Assembly: GCA_963793695.1 (NCBI GenBank)
Contig: CAWCBB010000016.1
Coordinates: forward strand, 132,550 to 196,549
From: an uncultured Acidobacteriota bacterium
GTDB lineage: Bacteria > Acidobacteriota > Thermoanaerobaculia > Gp7-AA8
Direction of reading: 5' to 3'
Length of the DNA stretch: 64,000 nucleotides
The translations under genes were made by a program, and so were the position numbers. Position 1 is the stretch's first letter. Each line of letters begins with the position of its first letter. This document shows, one piece after another, positions 17,543 through 33,684 of the stretch. The notes below the pieces were generated by a model, which searched no databases, was not told the origin of the DNA, and saw only the letters and a list, made by a program, of their open reading frames with translations.

Positions 17543-19183
17543 ATGCCCCCCGACTCCATCGACGACCTCCGCGCCCGCCTTCGGGAGCTCGGCTATCTCA
17601 CGCACGGCGTCGAGCGGTGGTTCGCGCTCGACCCCTGGAGCTCGCGAACCTTCTGGCAGGAGCTTCTCCTCGTTGCGGCGAAGGCGGGCGCGGTCGTGGC
17701 ACCCTTCGCGGCGCTGCCGATGGTCGCGGCGATGATCGTGAGGAACCGCCCGGTGCCGGCCGCCGCGGGCGCGCTCCTCGCGGCCGGGTACCTCCTCTTC
17801 ACGTTCCTTCTCATCGTCTCGCTGGTGACGATGACGGCGCTCGCGCTCAAAGCGCGCGCCGCGACCGCGATCGGCCATCCCATCCTGCTGACCGGAATCG
17901 CCCTCGGGCTCTCGGTCATCCTCTCCCTCTGGATCGCGATCTGGTGGAGCGGGTTCGCCGAGCCTCCCGGCGCCCTCGAGGGCGTCATCGTCGCTTTGCT
18001 CGTCCTGCTTCTCGTCGCGGCGGGCGCCGTCGTTTTCTCGGCGGCGATCCTCTCGTTCTCGGTGCGCGAGGCGCGACAGATCCCGGCCGTGGCGCGATCG
18101 TCGAAATCCCTCCCGATCCTTCTCGCCGGCCTCGCGATGATCCTGCTGACGGTCGGCGCCACGAGGATCGGGACTCCGCAGCCGCGCCGGGAGCGGCCGC
18201 AGCAGATCGTCACGGAACCGACGGCGAGCCGGGTGGCGCTGCTGGCCGTCGACGGCCTCACGCGCCAGCTCTATCTCGCGCGGCCCGAGCTGCGCGCCTC
18301 CTTTCGTTCCGACGCGGCGGCGCGCTTTCCTCCTTCTTCCTCCGCGGCCGAGCGCTGGGCCTCGGCCGGGACGGGCACCGCGCGCGAGCTCCACCAGGTC
18401 CGATCGGTCGAGAGCCTCCGGCTCCCGATCGGGAACCGCGCGCTGCAGCAGGTCTCCCGTTTCGATCCGCTCGCCACGGGGATCGCTCGGCGCCTGGGGC
18501 TCGTGCGGCGACAGCCGCTGCCGAGCGCGATCCGCGAGCGCGATTACGCATGGGAGATCCTCGCGTCCCGGGGGATCCCGGCCGTCGCGATCAACTGGTG
18601 GGTCTCGACGTCCTCCGAGGCGGGAGCCCTCCGAGCCGTCTCGCAGGAGTCGATCTTCAGCGGCGCCGCGGCGGACGATCCCGCGCTCCGCGCGGTCGCC
18701 ATCGACGAGCGCGCCCTCGACTCGCTCGCTTCGGAGATCGAGGGCCGGTCCGTGCGACTCGCGACGGCGTATCTCCCGGCGCTCGACATCCTGATGAACC
18801 GGCTGAACGTCGGGCAGGAACGAAAGCTCGCGCTCTCGGTCCAGGTTCTCGACCGGATCGCGGCCGCCGTGGCGGATCTCGAGAGGCGCGGGTTCGAGGT
18901 GATCCTCATCGGCTCGCCGGCCGAGCAAGGAGAGAGCGCGGGCGTGATCGCGGCGACGTTCCCGCTCGAACGCCGCGACGCGGCGGCCGCCGACCTCGCG
19001 CCGACGCTGCTCGATCTCTTCGGATTCCCGGCCTCGCGCGAGATGCCGGGAAGGAGCCTGCTCGAGCGATCGGCTCAGGCGAGGATCGACTCGTTCGGGA
19101 GCCGCACCTCTCCGCCGGCGGGGCAGCGCCCGGACGAGGCCGAGTACCACGAGGCGCTCCGGTCGCTGGGGTACGTGAGGTAG
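17543..19183 (+). CDS. membrane-anchored protein with C-terminal alkaline-phosphatase-superfamily-like domain
   Basis: Intact 546-aa ORF. The N-terminal ~200 aa have 5-6 TM segments. The C-terminal part has VALLAVDGLT and DLAPTLLDLFGFP...MPGRSLL, reminiscent of the sulfatase/phosphodiesterase fold. This is a weak call. Confidence 0.45.
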   Translation: MPPDSIDDLRARLRELGYLTHGVERWFALDPWSSRTFWQELLLVAAKAGAVVAPFAALPMVAAMIVRNRPVPAAAGALLAAGYLLFTFLLIVSLVTMTALALKARAATAIGHPILLTGIALGLSVILSLWIAIWWSGFAEPPGALEGVIVALLVLLLVAAGAVVFSAAILSFSVREARQIPAVARSSKSLPILLAGLAMILLTVGATRIGTPQPRRERPQQIVTEPTASRVALLAVDGLTRQLYLARPELRASFRSDAAARFPPSSSAAERWASAGTGTARELHQVRSVESLRLPIGNRALQQVSRFDPLATGIARRLGLVRRQPLPSAIRERDYAWEILASRGIPAVAINWWVSTSSEAGALRAVSQESIFSGAAADDPALRAVAIDERALDSLASEIEGRSVRLATAYLPALDILMNRLNVGQERKLALSVQVLDRIAAAVADLERRGFEVILIGSPAEQGESAGVIAATFPLERRDAAAADLAPTLLDLFGFPASREMPGRSLLERSAQARIDSFGSRTSPPAGQRPDEAEYHEALRSLGYVR

Positions 19184-19321
19184 GAAGGGCAGGGCGGGCG
19201 GTCCTGGCGTTCGGGACGGGTGATTCCAGGTCCCAAGCACCACCTTCGCTATCGCGTGACTCGCGTTCCACCCTCTGAAATTTAGCTTTGCAGCGCACGT
19301 TCTACCCGGACGAGCCCGTCC

Positions 19322-20206
19322 ATGCAGACCGCCCCTTCCCCGGAAGGTCCCGCAACCCTCATCGCACGCGCCCCCGCCGACGCGCCCCCGCCGGAGCGGA
19401 GAAGGCCCTGGCGCATCATCGCCGGGAGCTTCGTCGCGGTCGGACTCCTCCTGCTCAAGCTGAAAGGGGCGCTCTTCTTCGCGGGAGCGAAAGCCAGGCC
19501 GTTTTTCGCGAACCCGTTCGAGGGGTTCGGCCTCGCGCAGTTCGCCGTCACGGCGGGGACGATGGTGCTGAGCCTCGCCGCCTACGCGATGCAGATGGGC
19601 GTGCCGTTCGCCGTCGGTTTCCTCGCGATCCTCGTGATCCACGAGGTCGGCCACGCGCTCACGATCCGCGCGAAGGGTCTCCGCGCGGGAGCGATGGTGT
19701 TCATTCCGTTCATCGGCGGGGCGGTCACGCTTCGCCGCCAGCCGCGATCGGCGTTCGTCGACGCGCAGATCGGCCTCGGCGGACCGATCGCGGGGACGTT
19801 CGCATCGGGGATCTCGCTGATCGTCTATCACGCCACGAGCGAGCCGCTCTGGCTGGCGCTCGCGTTCGGCGGATTCCTGTTGAACCTCTTCAATCTGACT
19901 CCCGTCGGCCCGCTCGACGGCGGGCGCATCGCAGGAGCGATCACCAAGTGGATGTGGACCCTCGGCGCGGTGATCCTCCTGGCGCTCCTCATCCGGTGGA
20001 GAAACCCGCTCCTGCTCCCGATCCTCCTCCTCGGCGTCTGGCAGATCTGGCATTCGATCGTCGAGGAGAAGCGCCGCAGGTTCTACAACGTCACCTTCGG
20101 GCAGCGAGCCACCATCGCCGTGGCCTATTTCTCGCTCGTCTTCATCCTCGGCTACCAGTCGATCGCCACGTACCGCGAGCTGATGGCGCTGCGGGCCCTC
20201 CAGTAG
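19322..20206 (+). CDS. site-2 protease family (M50) membrane metalloprotease
   Basis: Intact 294-aa ORF with HEVGH zinc motif and NLTPVGPLDGG motif, and multiple TM segments. Confidence 0.85.
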   Translation: MQTAPSPEGPATLIARAPADAPPPERRRPWRIIAGSFVAVGLLLLKLKGALFFAGAKARPFFANPFEGFGLAQFAVTAGTMVLSLAAYAMQMGVPFAVGFLAILVIHEVGHALTIRAKGLRAGAMVFIPFIGGAVTLRRQPRSAFVDAQIGLGGPIAGTFASGISLIVYHATSEPLWLALAFGGFLLNLFNLTPVGPLDGGRIAGAITKWMWTLGAVILLALLIRWRNPLLLPILLLGVWQIWHSIVEEKRRRFYNVTFGQRATIAVAYFSLVFILGYQSIATYRELMALRALQ

Positions 20207-20220
20207 GGCGGCCTAAAGGC

Positions 20221-20350
20221 GTTCTCCGTTCTCCGTTCTTCGTTCTCCGCGGCGAGGGCTCCGGCCGGACCGAACGGCTCGCGGGACCCACATCAGAATC
20301 GCCGCCCGGACGGGGTGCCGCGAAGAACGGAGAACGAAGAACGGAGAACG
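20221..20350. repeat. inverted-microsatellite hairpin, GTTCTCC flavour
   Basis: GTTCTCCGTTCTCCGTTCTTCGTTCTCC-GCGGC...core...GCCGCG-AAGAACGGAGAACGAAGAACGGAGAACG. It is preceded by GTAGGGCGGCC, which holds the M50 protease stop. Confidence 0.85.
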
Positions 20351-20430
20351 TTTCTGGAAAAAGGGGATTGTTTGGCGGTAGTTCTCCCGTTTGGTAGGCT
20401 TGCCGGCCTCGCCGGCCGCAAGGATTTCCT

Positions 20431-23159
<2,729 letters not shown>

Positions 23160-23162
<3 letters not shown>

Positions 23163-23288
23163 GGGGAGGGGTTAGGGACTAGGGGCTGGGGGCTAGTTCT
23201 TCCTTCATCGCTCGCTGCTCTCGGAATCCGGCATCAGCCGGATGACGACCCGTGACGGCCAGCCCCTGACCTCCAGCCCCCAACCCCT
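23160..23288. repeat. inverted-microsatellite hairpin, GGGGCTA flavour
   Basis: TAGGGGGAGGGGTTAGGGACTAGGGGCTGGGGGCTAG ... CCAGCCCCTGACCTCCAGCCCCCAACCCC. The secA stop TAG 23160-23162 is its first triplet. Confidence 0.8.
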
Positions 23289-23312
23289 TTCAGTTAGAAT
23301 CCAACCGGCCTG

Positions 23313-23993
23313 ATGGACAAGGACCTCTTCAGGAAGTTCGACCTCTTCTCGGAACTCGACGGCCGGGAGCTCGAGCTCATCGCGGCGGTCGCGAAGCCGC
23401 GCAAGTACGACAAGGAGGAGGTCGTCTTTCACGCCGACGAGCGGGGGGACGTCTTCTGCCTCATCGTTTCGGGCCGCGTGAAAGTGACGATGATCTCTCC
23501 GGAGGGGAAGGAGATCATCCTTTCGATGCTCGGGCCGGGCGACTTCTTCGGAGAGATGTCGCTTCTCGACGACCTGCCACGGTCGGCGACCGTGATCGCG
23601 ATGGAGCCGCTCGAGGTCCTCACGATCTGGGGACGGGATCTCCTTCAGATCATGCGGGACGACTTCACGATCACGCGGAAGATCATCGCGGAGCTCTCCA
23701 AGCGCCTGCGGCGCGCCTCCCGCCGGATCGAGTCTCTGGTCAGCATGGATGTCTACGGGCGGCTCGCGCGGTTCCTCCTCGAGCTGGCGCGCGACCAGGG
23801 GACCACGCTCGACAACGGTCTCGTCGCGGTCACCCGCCCCACGCACCAGGCGATCGCGAACACGATCGGCACCTCGCGCGAGACCGTTTCCCGGCTGCTC
23901 CACGACCTGATCGAGCAGGAGCTCGTCCTCTCGAAAGGGAAGATCCTCTACCTCCGGAAGTCGACCCTCGACCAGTTCACGGAGCTCAACTGA
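23313..23993 (+). CDS. Crp/Fnr family transcriptional regulator
   Basis: Intact 226-aa ORF with a cNMP-binding domain (GDFFGEMSLLD...RSATV) and a C-terminal HTH (IANTIGTSRETVSRLL). Confidence 0.9.
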   Translation: MDKDLFRKFDLFSELDGRELELIAAVAKPRKYDKEEVVFHADERGDVFCLIVSGRVKVTMISPEGKEIILSMLGPGDFFGEMSLLDDLPRSATVIAMEPLEVLTIWGRDLLQIMRDDFTITRKIIAELSKRLRRASRRIESLVSMDVYGRLARFLLELARDQGTTLDNGLVAVTRPTHQAIANTIGTSRETVSRLLHDLIEQELVLSKGKILYLRKSTLDQFTELN

Positions 23994-23998
23994 TCGCG

Positions 23999-24619
23999 AT
24001 GAGCGACGCGTCCGCGCGCCGGGGTCCGAGACGGGTCTGGACGGTTCCGAACATCCTGAGCCTCCTCCGGCTGGGGGTGATCCCGCTGTTCGTCTGGCTC
24101 TCGATCGAAGGGCATTTCGCCGCGGCGTTCTTTCTGTTCGTCGGCGCGGCGCTCACGGACGCGCTGGACGGCTGGGTCGCCCGCCGCTTCGACCAGAGAT
24201 CGCGCCTCGGCGCGTACCTCGATCCCGCAGCCGACAAGACGATGATGGTGACGACGTACATCGTCTACACGATCCCCTCGATCGCCCAGTATCGCCTCCC
24301 CGCCTGGCTGACCTTCACCGTCTTCATCCGCGATGTGACGATCGTCGTTTTCGCCTATCTCCTCTACACCCGCATCCGCGTGAAGCGGTTCCCTCCCTCG
24401 GTCCCGGGAAAGATCTCCACGATCGTGCAGGTCGTGGCGCTCGCCGCGACCATCGGCGCGAACATGTTCCTCGCTCCGATCGCCGCGCCACTCCTCTGGA
24501 CCGCGCATCGCGCCGCCTTGCTGATGACGCTCTACTCCGGGTTCGACTACATCCGGAAGTGGGACCGAGAGCTGGACGCAAGCGTCCCGGCCGACGCGCC
24601 TAGACGCCTAGACGCCTAG
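23999..24619 (+). CDS. CDP-alcohol phosphatidyltransferase family protein (PgsA-like)
   Basis: Intact 206-aa ORF with motif DALDGWVARR...G...DPAADK (DGx2ARx8Gx3Dx3D) and about 5 TM segments. The last 7 codons and the stop read into the TAGACGCC array. Confidence 0.8.
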   Translation: MSDASARRGPRRVWTVPNILSLLRLGVIPLFVWLSIEGHFAAAFFLFVGAALTDALDGWVARRFDQRSRLGAYLDPAADKTMMVTTYIVYTIPSIAQYRLPAWLTFTVFIRDVTIVVFAYLLYTRIRVKRFPPSVPGKISTIVQVVALAATIGANMFLAPIAAPLLWTAHRAALLMTLYSGFDYIRKWDRELDASVPADAPRRLDA

Positions 24620-24663
24620 ACTCCTAGACGCCCAGACGCCTAGACGCCTAGACCCCTAGACGC
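24598..24663. repeat. solo 8-mer array (GACGCCTA)n, about 8 units
   Basis: GACGCCTAGACGCCTAGACTCCTAGACGCCCAGACGCCTAGACGCCTAGACCCCTAGACGC. I found no inverted partner nearby. Confidence 0.85.
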
Positions 24664-24669
24664 TACAAT
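24641..24669 (+). promoter_or_regulatory. candidate promoter for tRNA-Lys
   Basis: TAGACG (24641-24646, 4/6 to TTGACA, supplied by a repeat unit) - 17 nt - TACAAT (24664-24669). It lies about 55 nt upstream of the tRNA. Confidence 0.3.
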
Positions 24670-24724
24670 CCGCCGCCGCTGGATGGAAATAGCTTTCCAC
24701 CCGGCGAGGTTAGTCAGGTTCCCT

Positions 24725-24800
24725 GCCTCCATAGCTCAATTGGTAGAGCAGCAGACTCTTAATCTGTTGGTTCTAGGTTCGAGTCCTAGTGGGGGCACCA
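24725..24800 (+). tRNA. tRNA-Lys (anticodon CTT)
   Basis: Hand-folded cloverleaf: acceptor GCCTCCA/TGGGGGC, D stem GCTC/GAGC, anticodon loop CTCTTAA, T arm CTAGG-TTCGAGT-CCTAG, encoded CCA. Confidence 0.9.
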
Positions 24801-24898
24801 ACAATCTGATACGAGACCCGAGGGACTGAGGGCTGAGCGCGGCGCTCCTCGGTCCCTCGTCATTTCGGGGCGAGTCCGGTATTCTCGAGATCCCCTGT

Positions 24899-24987
<89 letters not shown>

Positions 24988-25019
24988 GCTCCCAGAACAG
25001 CCAGGAAGAGTGACAGCCG

Positions 25020-26447
25020 ATGTTGATCGATCTCAGTGACGTTTCCCCCATTCGCAAGCAGATCGAAGTCGAGATCCCCGCCGAGCCGTCGCGTCCGCCT
25101 TCCAGAAGGTGACGGGAGAGTTCGCCCGCCATGCGAAGGTGCCCGGCTTCCGCCCCGGCAAGACGCCGAAGGAAGTCATCCGGACCCGGTTCAAGAAGGA
25201 CATCGAGACCGAGGTGATGGACCGGCTGCTGCCGGAGTTCTTCTCGGAGGCGATCTCCGGGAAGGAATTCGAGCCCGTGGGGAACCCGGGGCTCAAGAGC
25301 GTCGACACGCTCGAGGAAGGGAAGCCCGTCCGCTTCGTGGCCGAGTTCGAAATCAAGCCCCCGATCGTCCTGCGCGAGTATCGCGGGATCGAGGTCACTC
25401 AGGAGCCGACGGAAGTGACCGAGGCGGAAGTCGACGAGATCGTCGAGAGGTACCGCGATCGCGCGAGCTCGTTCATCCCCGCCGGCGACCGCGGCGCGGA
25501 AGAGGGCGACTATCTGGTCATCGACATCACGAGCAGCGGCGAGGGGGTCGAGACCCGCACCTCGGAAGGCTACCTGATGCAGATGGGGGAGGCCGCGCCC
25601 CTTCCCGAGCTCAACGACGCGCTCCGCGGGAAGAAGATCGGCGACTCGGCCTCTTTCGAGAAAGCGTATGGAGAGGATGCTCCGAACGACCAGGTCCGGA
25701 ACAAGACGGTGCGCTACGACGTCGTGATCAAGGACCTGAAGATGCGCGAGAAGCCGCCGGTGGACGACGAGCTCGCGAAGACGGCGAACCTCGGCGAGAC
25801 CGTCGGCCGAGATGCGCGACCGGATCCGAGGCGACATCCGGAAGCACAAGGAGCACGAGGCGCAGCAGTCGAAGCGCCAGCAGGTCGGCAAGGAGCTGGT
25901 CGCCCGCCACGAGCTCGAAGTGCCGTACGCGCTCCTCTCGGAGGAGATGACGCGCTCGATGCGCAACTACGCGCGCTTTCTCGCCTCGCAGGGCGTCGAC
26001 ATCGAGAAGGCCGACCTCGACTGGGAGGAGATCGGAAAGAACCTCGAGCCGGATGCCCGCGACCGCGTCAGGCGCTCGCTGATCCTCGAGGCGATCGCTC
26101 GGAAGGAAGGGATCGAGATCTCCGAGGTCGAGGTGGACGCCGAGATCCGGAAGGCCGCGGCGGGCTCGGACCAGGAGTTCGCCGAGGTGCGGCAGCGGCT
26201 GCGCTCGGACGGCGGGTACGAAGCGCTGCGCGCGTCGATCGCGCAGGAGAAGGCGCTCGAAATGGTGGTCGAGGCGGCGGACGTCGTCGAGAAGTGCGGA
26301 GTTCTCCGTTCTCCGTCGCGGCAAGATTCAGGGCCGGCGTTCCGAAGGTCGCAGGCCGTCCTCGCTGCCGCGGCGAACGGAGAACGGCGAACGGCGAACG
26401 GCGAACGGAGAACGGAGATCGTCTCCCTCCGCAGCGGTATACGATAG
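25020..26447 (+). CDS. tig: trigger factor, 2 frame breaks (near 25086 and 25805) and a 3' read-through into a repeat
   Basis: MLIDLSDVSPIRKQIEVEIPAE, then AVASAFQKVTGEFARHAKVPGFRPGKTPKEVI (ORF 25109..), then ORF 25812..26447. After ...EAADVVEK the frame runs about 50 codons through the GTTCTCC hairpin before TAG 26445. Confidence 0.85.
26301..26418. repeat. inverted-microsatellite hairpin, GTTCTCC flavour
   Basis: GTTCTCCGTTCTCCGT-CGCGGCAA...core...GCCGCGGC-GAACGGAGAACGGCGAACGGCGAACGGCGAACGGAGAACGGAGA (2 units against about 6). Confidence 0.85.
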
Positions 26448-26477
26448 GGTTACGCGGAACACGAAAAGGAGTCCCCG

Positions 26478-27065
26478 ATGGTGCTGATCCCGATGGTCGT
26501 CGAGCAGACGTCGCGCGGCGAACGCGCGTACGACATCTACTCGCGCCTCCTCAAAGACAACGTCATCTTCCTCGGCCAGCCGATCGACGACAACGTCGCG
26601 AACCTCATCATCGCGCAGATGCTGTTTCTCGAGGCGGAGAATCCGGAGAAGGACATCTGGATCTACATCAACTCGCCGGGCGGATCGATCACCGGCGGCC
26701 TGGCGATCTACGACGCGATGCAGTACGTGAAGCCCGACGTCGCGACGATCTGCATGGGGCAGGCGGCGTCGATGGGGGCGGTCCTGCTCGCCGCGGGAAA
26801 GAAAGGGAAGCGCTACGCGCTCCCGAACTCGCGCGTGCTCATCCACCAGCCATGGCTGCAGGGGCTCGGCGGCCAGGCCACCGACATCGACATCCACGCG
26901 AAGGACATCATGCGGATGCGGGAGCGGCTCAACCAGATTCTCTCCGACCACACGGGTCAGCCGATGGAGAAGATCGAGCGCGATACGGACCGCGACTACA
27001 TCCTCTCGGCTCCCGACGCGGTCACGTACGGCATCGTCGATCAGGTGATCTCGAAGCGGGCGTAA
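26478..27065 (+). CDS. clpP: ATP-dependent Clp protease proteolytic subunit
   Basis: Intact 195-aa ORF with an AAGGAG SD. Catalytic context GQAASMG (Ser), IHQP (His) and DTDRD (Asp). Confidence 0.95.
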   Translation: MVLIPMVVEQTSRGERAYDIYSRLLKDNVIFLGQPIDDNVANLIIAQMLFLEAENPEKDIWIYINSPGGSITGGLAIYDAMQYVKPDVATICMGQAASMGAVLLAAGKKGKRYALPNSRVLIHQPWLQGLGGQATDIDIHAKDIMRMRERLNQILSDHTGQPMEKIERDTDRDYILSAPDAVTYGIVDQVISKRA

Positions 27066-27090
27066 CAGAGCGGCGGTCCGGGCGGACCGG

Positions 27091-27203
27091 AGGTCATCCC
27101 TCGCCGCGCTTCCAAGGACGACCACCGGCGCGGAGGTGGCCGAGGTCCCGCATTTTGAGCTCCTTCGCTTCACGCCCGCCCCCCTCTCGCTGAGGATGAC
27201 CCA
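27091..27203. repeat. GTCATCC-type palindromic element (degenerate)
   Basis: GGTCATCCCTCGCCGCG ... CTCGCTGAGGATGACCC. A further half-site GGGCTCGGGATGACG lies at about 27250. It is related to the inner arms of the MITE. Confidence 0.6.
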
Positions 27204-27398
27204 CAGGGTCCGTCGTCGCTTCATCGGCGTCCGCGCCGTTGGTGGGCTCGGGATGACGCGTCGTTCGGGCTCGCCGCGACGGCATCTCGGCACGCCGCGC
27301 GCGCTGAAACATTCCGTCGGTCCTCAGGGCATTCGCGGGGTTCCGCCAGCGGAATGGCCCCGCGAGGGAGCCTGTTTCGATCAGCACCGGAGGCGTCC

Positions 27399-27427
27399 TT
27401 GACACTGTTCATACGCGGCCGGACAAT
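27399..27427 (+). promoter_or_regulatory. candidate sigma70-like promoter for clpX
   Basis: TTGACA (27399-27404) - 17 nt - GACAAT (27422-27427), 30 nt upstream of the clpX ATG. Confidence 0.4.
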
Positions 27428-27457
27428 GACCGAAAGCGAAAAAGGGAACCCGTATCG

Positions 27458-28709
<1,252 letters not shown>

Positions 28710-28781
28710 CGCCGCCCTCCTGCTCCATCCGACGCGATCCGACCGCTCCCCGCGGGGAGCTTTGGATGTTCGCAATCCCTT

Positions 28782-31188
<2,407 letters not shown>

Positions 31189-31190
<2 letters not shown>

Positions 31191-31307
31191 CGCGTCTGGG
31201 GGTCTGGGCGTCTAGGGGTCTAGGCGTCAGTCACGAAACCGCGAGCCCCAGGGCTTGCGAGATCAGAAATGACGCCTAGACGCCTGGACTCCTAGACTCC
31301 AAGACCC
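31189..31307. repeat. inverted-microsatellite hairpin, 8-mer GTCTGGG/CCTAGAC flavour
   Basis: GACGCGTCTGGGGGTCTGGGCGTCTAGGGGTCTAGGCGTC ... TGACGCCTAGACGCCTGGACTCCTAGACTCCAAGACCC. Confidence 0.85.
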
Positions 31308-31319
31308 TCGAGTTGACAA

Positions 31320-32006
31320 GTGTGGGAGAATGGGCCCGTCGCCCCCAGAGCGGCCCCCCGTAGCTCCCCGTTTCATCTCACAACCAATCCACACAACGAG
31401 ATCATTGGAACCCTGCAGGATTTGGAGATTCGTTCCGTAGCGTTCGCGAGGGCGGCTCATCGGCTGGAGGATCTGCCGCGGGACCGCAGGCCGCAGATCG
31501 CCATGGTCGGCAGGTCGAATGTAGGCAAATCGACCCTGATCAACGCGATCCTCGGAAGGAAGGGCCTCGCGCGCGTCTCGCAGACGCCCGGAAAGACACA
31601 GGCGATCCAGTTCTATCTCGTCAACGAATCGTTCTATTTGGTGGACCTCCCCGGTTACGGCTACGCGAAGGTCTCCCGGAGCGTCTCCCGAGCGTGGGGT
31701 GATCTGGTGGGCGGGTATCTCGAGCAGAGCGAGCACTTGAGGCTCCTGTTCCTCCTGCTGGACGCCCGGCGGGTGCCTTCGGACCAGGACCTGGAGGTCC
31801 GCGACTGGATGGAAGAGCGGGGGAGCGAGTGGCAGGCGGTCCTGACCAAGACCGACAAGCTCTCGGGGAATGAGCTGACGGCGGCCCGCAGGACGATCGG
31901 CGAGGTCACCGGGTTGTCGCGGGACGCGCTGATCGGATTCTCGAAAGTGAACCGGAAGGGCGTAGCGGAGATGTGGAGCGTGATCGACGAGGTGTTGCGA
32001 CGTTGA
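31320..32006 (+). CDS. engB: ribosome biogenesis GTP-binding protein YsxC/EngB (start uncertain)
   Basis: G1 motif GRSNVGKSTLIN, DLPGYGY, and TKTDK. The true start may be TTG 31422. The stop TGA 32004-32006 lies in the first GTTGATC repeat unit. Confidence 0.85.
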   Translation: MWENGPVAPRAAPRSSPFHLTTNPHNEIIGTLQDLEIRSVAFARAAHRLEDLPRDRRPQIAMVGRSNVGKSTLINAILGRKGLARVSQTPGKTQAIQFYLVNESFYLVDLPGYGYAKVSRSVSRAWGDLVGGYLEQSEHLRLLFLLLDARRVPSDQDLEVRDWMEERGSEWQAVLTKTDKLSGNELTAARRTIGEVTGLSRDALIGFSKVNRKGVAEMWSVIDEVLRR

Positions 32007-32053
32007 TCGTTGATCGTTGCGGGGTTTCCGATCAACGACCAACGATGAACGAC
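32001..32053. repeat. inverted-microsatellite hairpin, GTTGATC flavour
   Basis: CGTTGATCGTTGATCGTTG-cggggtttcc-GATCAACGACCAACGATGAACGACC. Confidence 0.85.
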
Positions 32054-32085
32054 CACGAAAGCGAGTGACCGCTCGGTGAGCGGTT

Positions 32086-33625
32086 ATGAAGAACATGGAA
32101 GAGCGCATGGACAAAGACGTCGAAACGATCGAGGACGACGCGCCGGCCGCCACGGCCAGGAGCGAGCGGGACAAGCCGGAGAAGCCGGCGCGCGCGAAGA
32201 AGGAAAAGGCGGCCGCCGCCGAGAAAGCGGCGACGAAAGCCGCCGCCGACGCTCCCGAGAAGGAGCCCGAGGAGGCGGCGGAGAACGGCGGGAAGGCCGA
32301 GCTCCCGCAGCAGGCGGCGAAGGCCGCCGAGAAGGGCGCGCGCCGTTCCGGAAGGGGAGCAGCCCTCGTCGGACACGCTCGACATCCGCGGGCTCAAGGA
32401 GATGAGGCTTCCCGATCTGATGAAGATCGCGAAGGACTTCGGAGTCGAGAACGCCCCCGGGATGCGCAAACAGGATCTGATCTTCGCGATCCTGCAGGCG
32501 CAGACCGAGAAGAGCGGCTTCATCTTCTCCGAGGGAGTTCTCGAATGTCTCCCCGACGGGTTCGGGTTCCTCCGAGCGCCGGAGTACAACTACCTTCCGG
32601 GGCCGGACGACATCTACGTCTCCCCCTCGCAGATCCGCCGTTTCGATCTGCGCACCGGCGACACGGTGTCCGGCCAGGTGCGCCCTCCGAAGGAAGGGGA
32701 GCGCTACTTCGCTCTGATCAAGGTCGAAGCCGTCAACTTCGAGCATCCCGACGTCGCGCGCGAGAAGACGCTCTTCGACAATCTCACGCCTCTCTATCCG
32801 GAGGAGCGGATCAAGCTCGAGGTGCCGACCAACATGTCGTCGCGCGTCCTCGACCTGGTCTCTCCGATCGGGAAAGGGCAGCGCGCGCTGATCGTCGCCC
32901 CGCCGCGCACCGGCAAGACGATGATCCTGCAGGCGATCGCGAACTCGGTCACCACGAACCATCCCGAGATCGTGCTCATCGTCCTGCTGATCGACGAGCG
33001 GCCCGAGGAAGTCACGGACATGCAGCGGTCGGTCAAGGGGGAGGTCATCAGCTCGACCTTCGACGAGCCGGCCTCGCGCCACGTGCAGGTCGCCGAGATG
33101 GTGATCGAGAAAGCCAAGCGGCTCGTCGAGCACAAGCGCGACGTCGTGATCCTCCTCGACTCGATCACCCGGCTCGCCCGCGCCTACAACACGGTCGTTC
33201 CTCCCTCGGGGAAGGTCCTCTCCGGCGGCGTCGACTCGAACGCGCTCCAGCGGCCGAAACGCTTTTTCGGCGCGGCGCGGAACATCGAGGAAGGAGGCTC
33301 GCTCACCATCGTCGCGACCGCCCTCATCGACACCGGCTCCCGCATGGACGACGTCATCTTCGAGGAGTTCAAGGGGACGGGCAACATGGAAGTCCATCTC
33401 GACCGCAAGCTCGTCGAGAAGCGCGTCTTCCCGGCCATCGACATCAACAAGTCGGGGACGCGGAAAGAGGAGCTCCTCCTCGACAAGAGCGAGCTCAATC
33501 GGATCTGGGTCCTCCGGAAGGTGTTCAGCCCCCTCTCGACCGTCGAGTCGATGGAGCTCCTCATCGAGAAGCTCGAGAAGACGAAGACGAACTCCGAGTT
33601 CCTCAACGCCATGTCGTCGATGTAA
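32086..33625 (+). CDS. rho: transcription termination factor Rho with K/E/A-rich N-terminal extension, one frame break near 32338
   Basis: ORF 32402..33625 covers the RNA-binding domain (GFGFLR), Walker A PPRTGKT and the remaining Rho core. Frame +2 already reads [21 protein letters not shown] from 32342. Upstream, ORF 32086.. gives about 85 aa of low-complexity K/E/A sequence. Confidence 0.9.
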
Positions 33626-33684
33626 TCGGGGTCCTCCTCATGAGCGCCGCAGGCGCGGCATCGTATGGCCCCGGGCGCCAGCCG

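Noticed and set aside
16871-20053. 1060-aa minus-strand ORF, and similar long ORFs (33885..36431 minus, 2501..3475 minus, 36449..37453 minus, 8456..9913 plus, 47208..49070 plus)
   Set aside because: They are Arg/Pro/Gly/Asp-rich with no motifs, and lie antisense or out of frame to genes with clear conserved motifs. These are typical stop-poor shadow ORFs of very GC-rich DNA.
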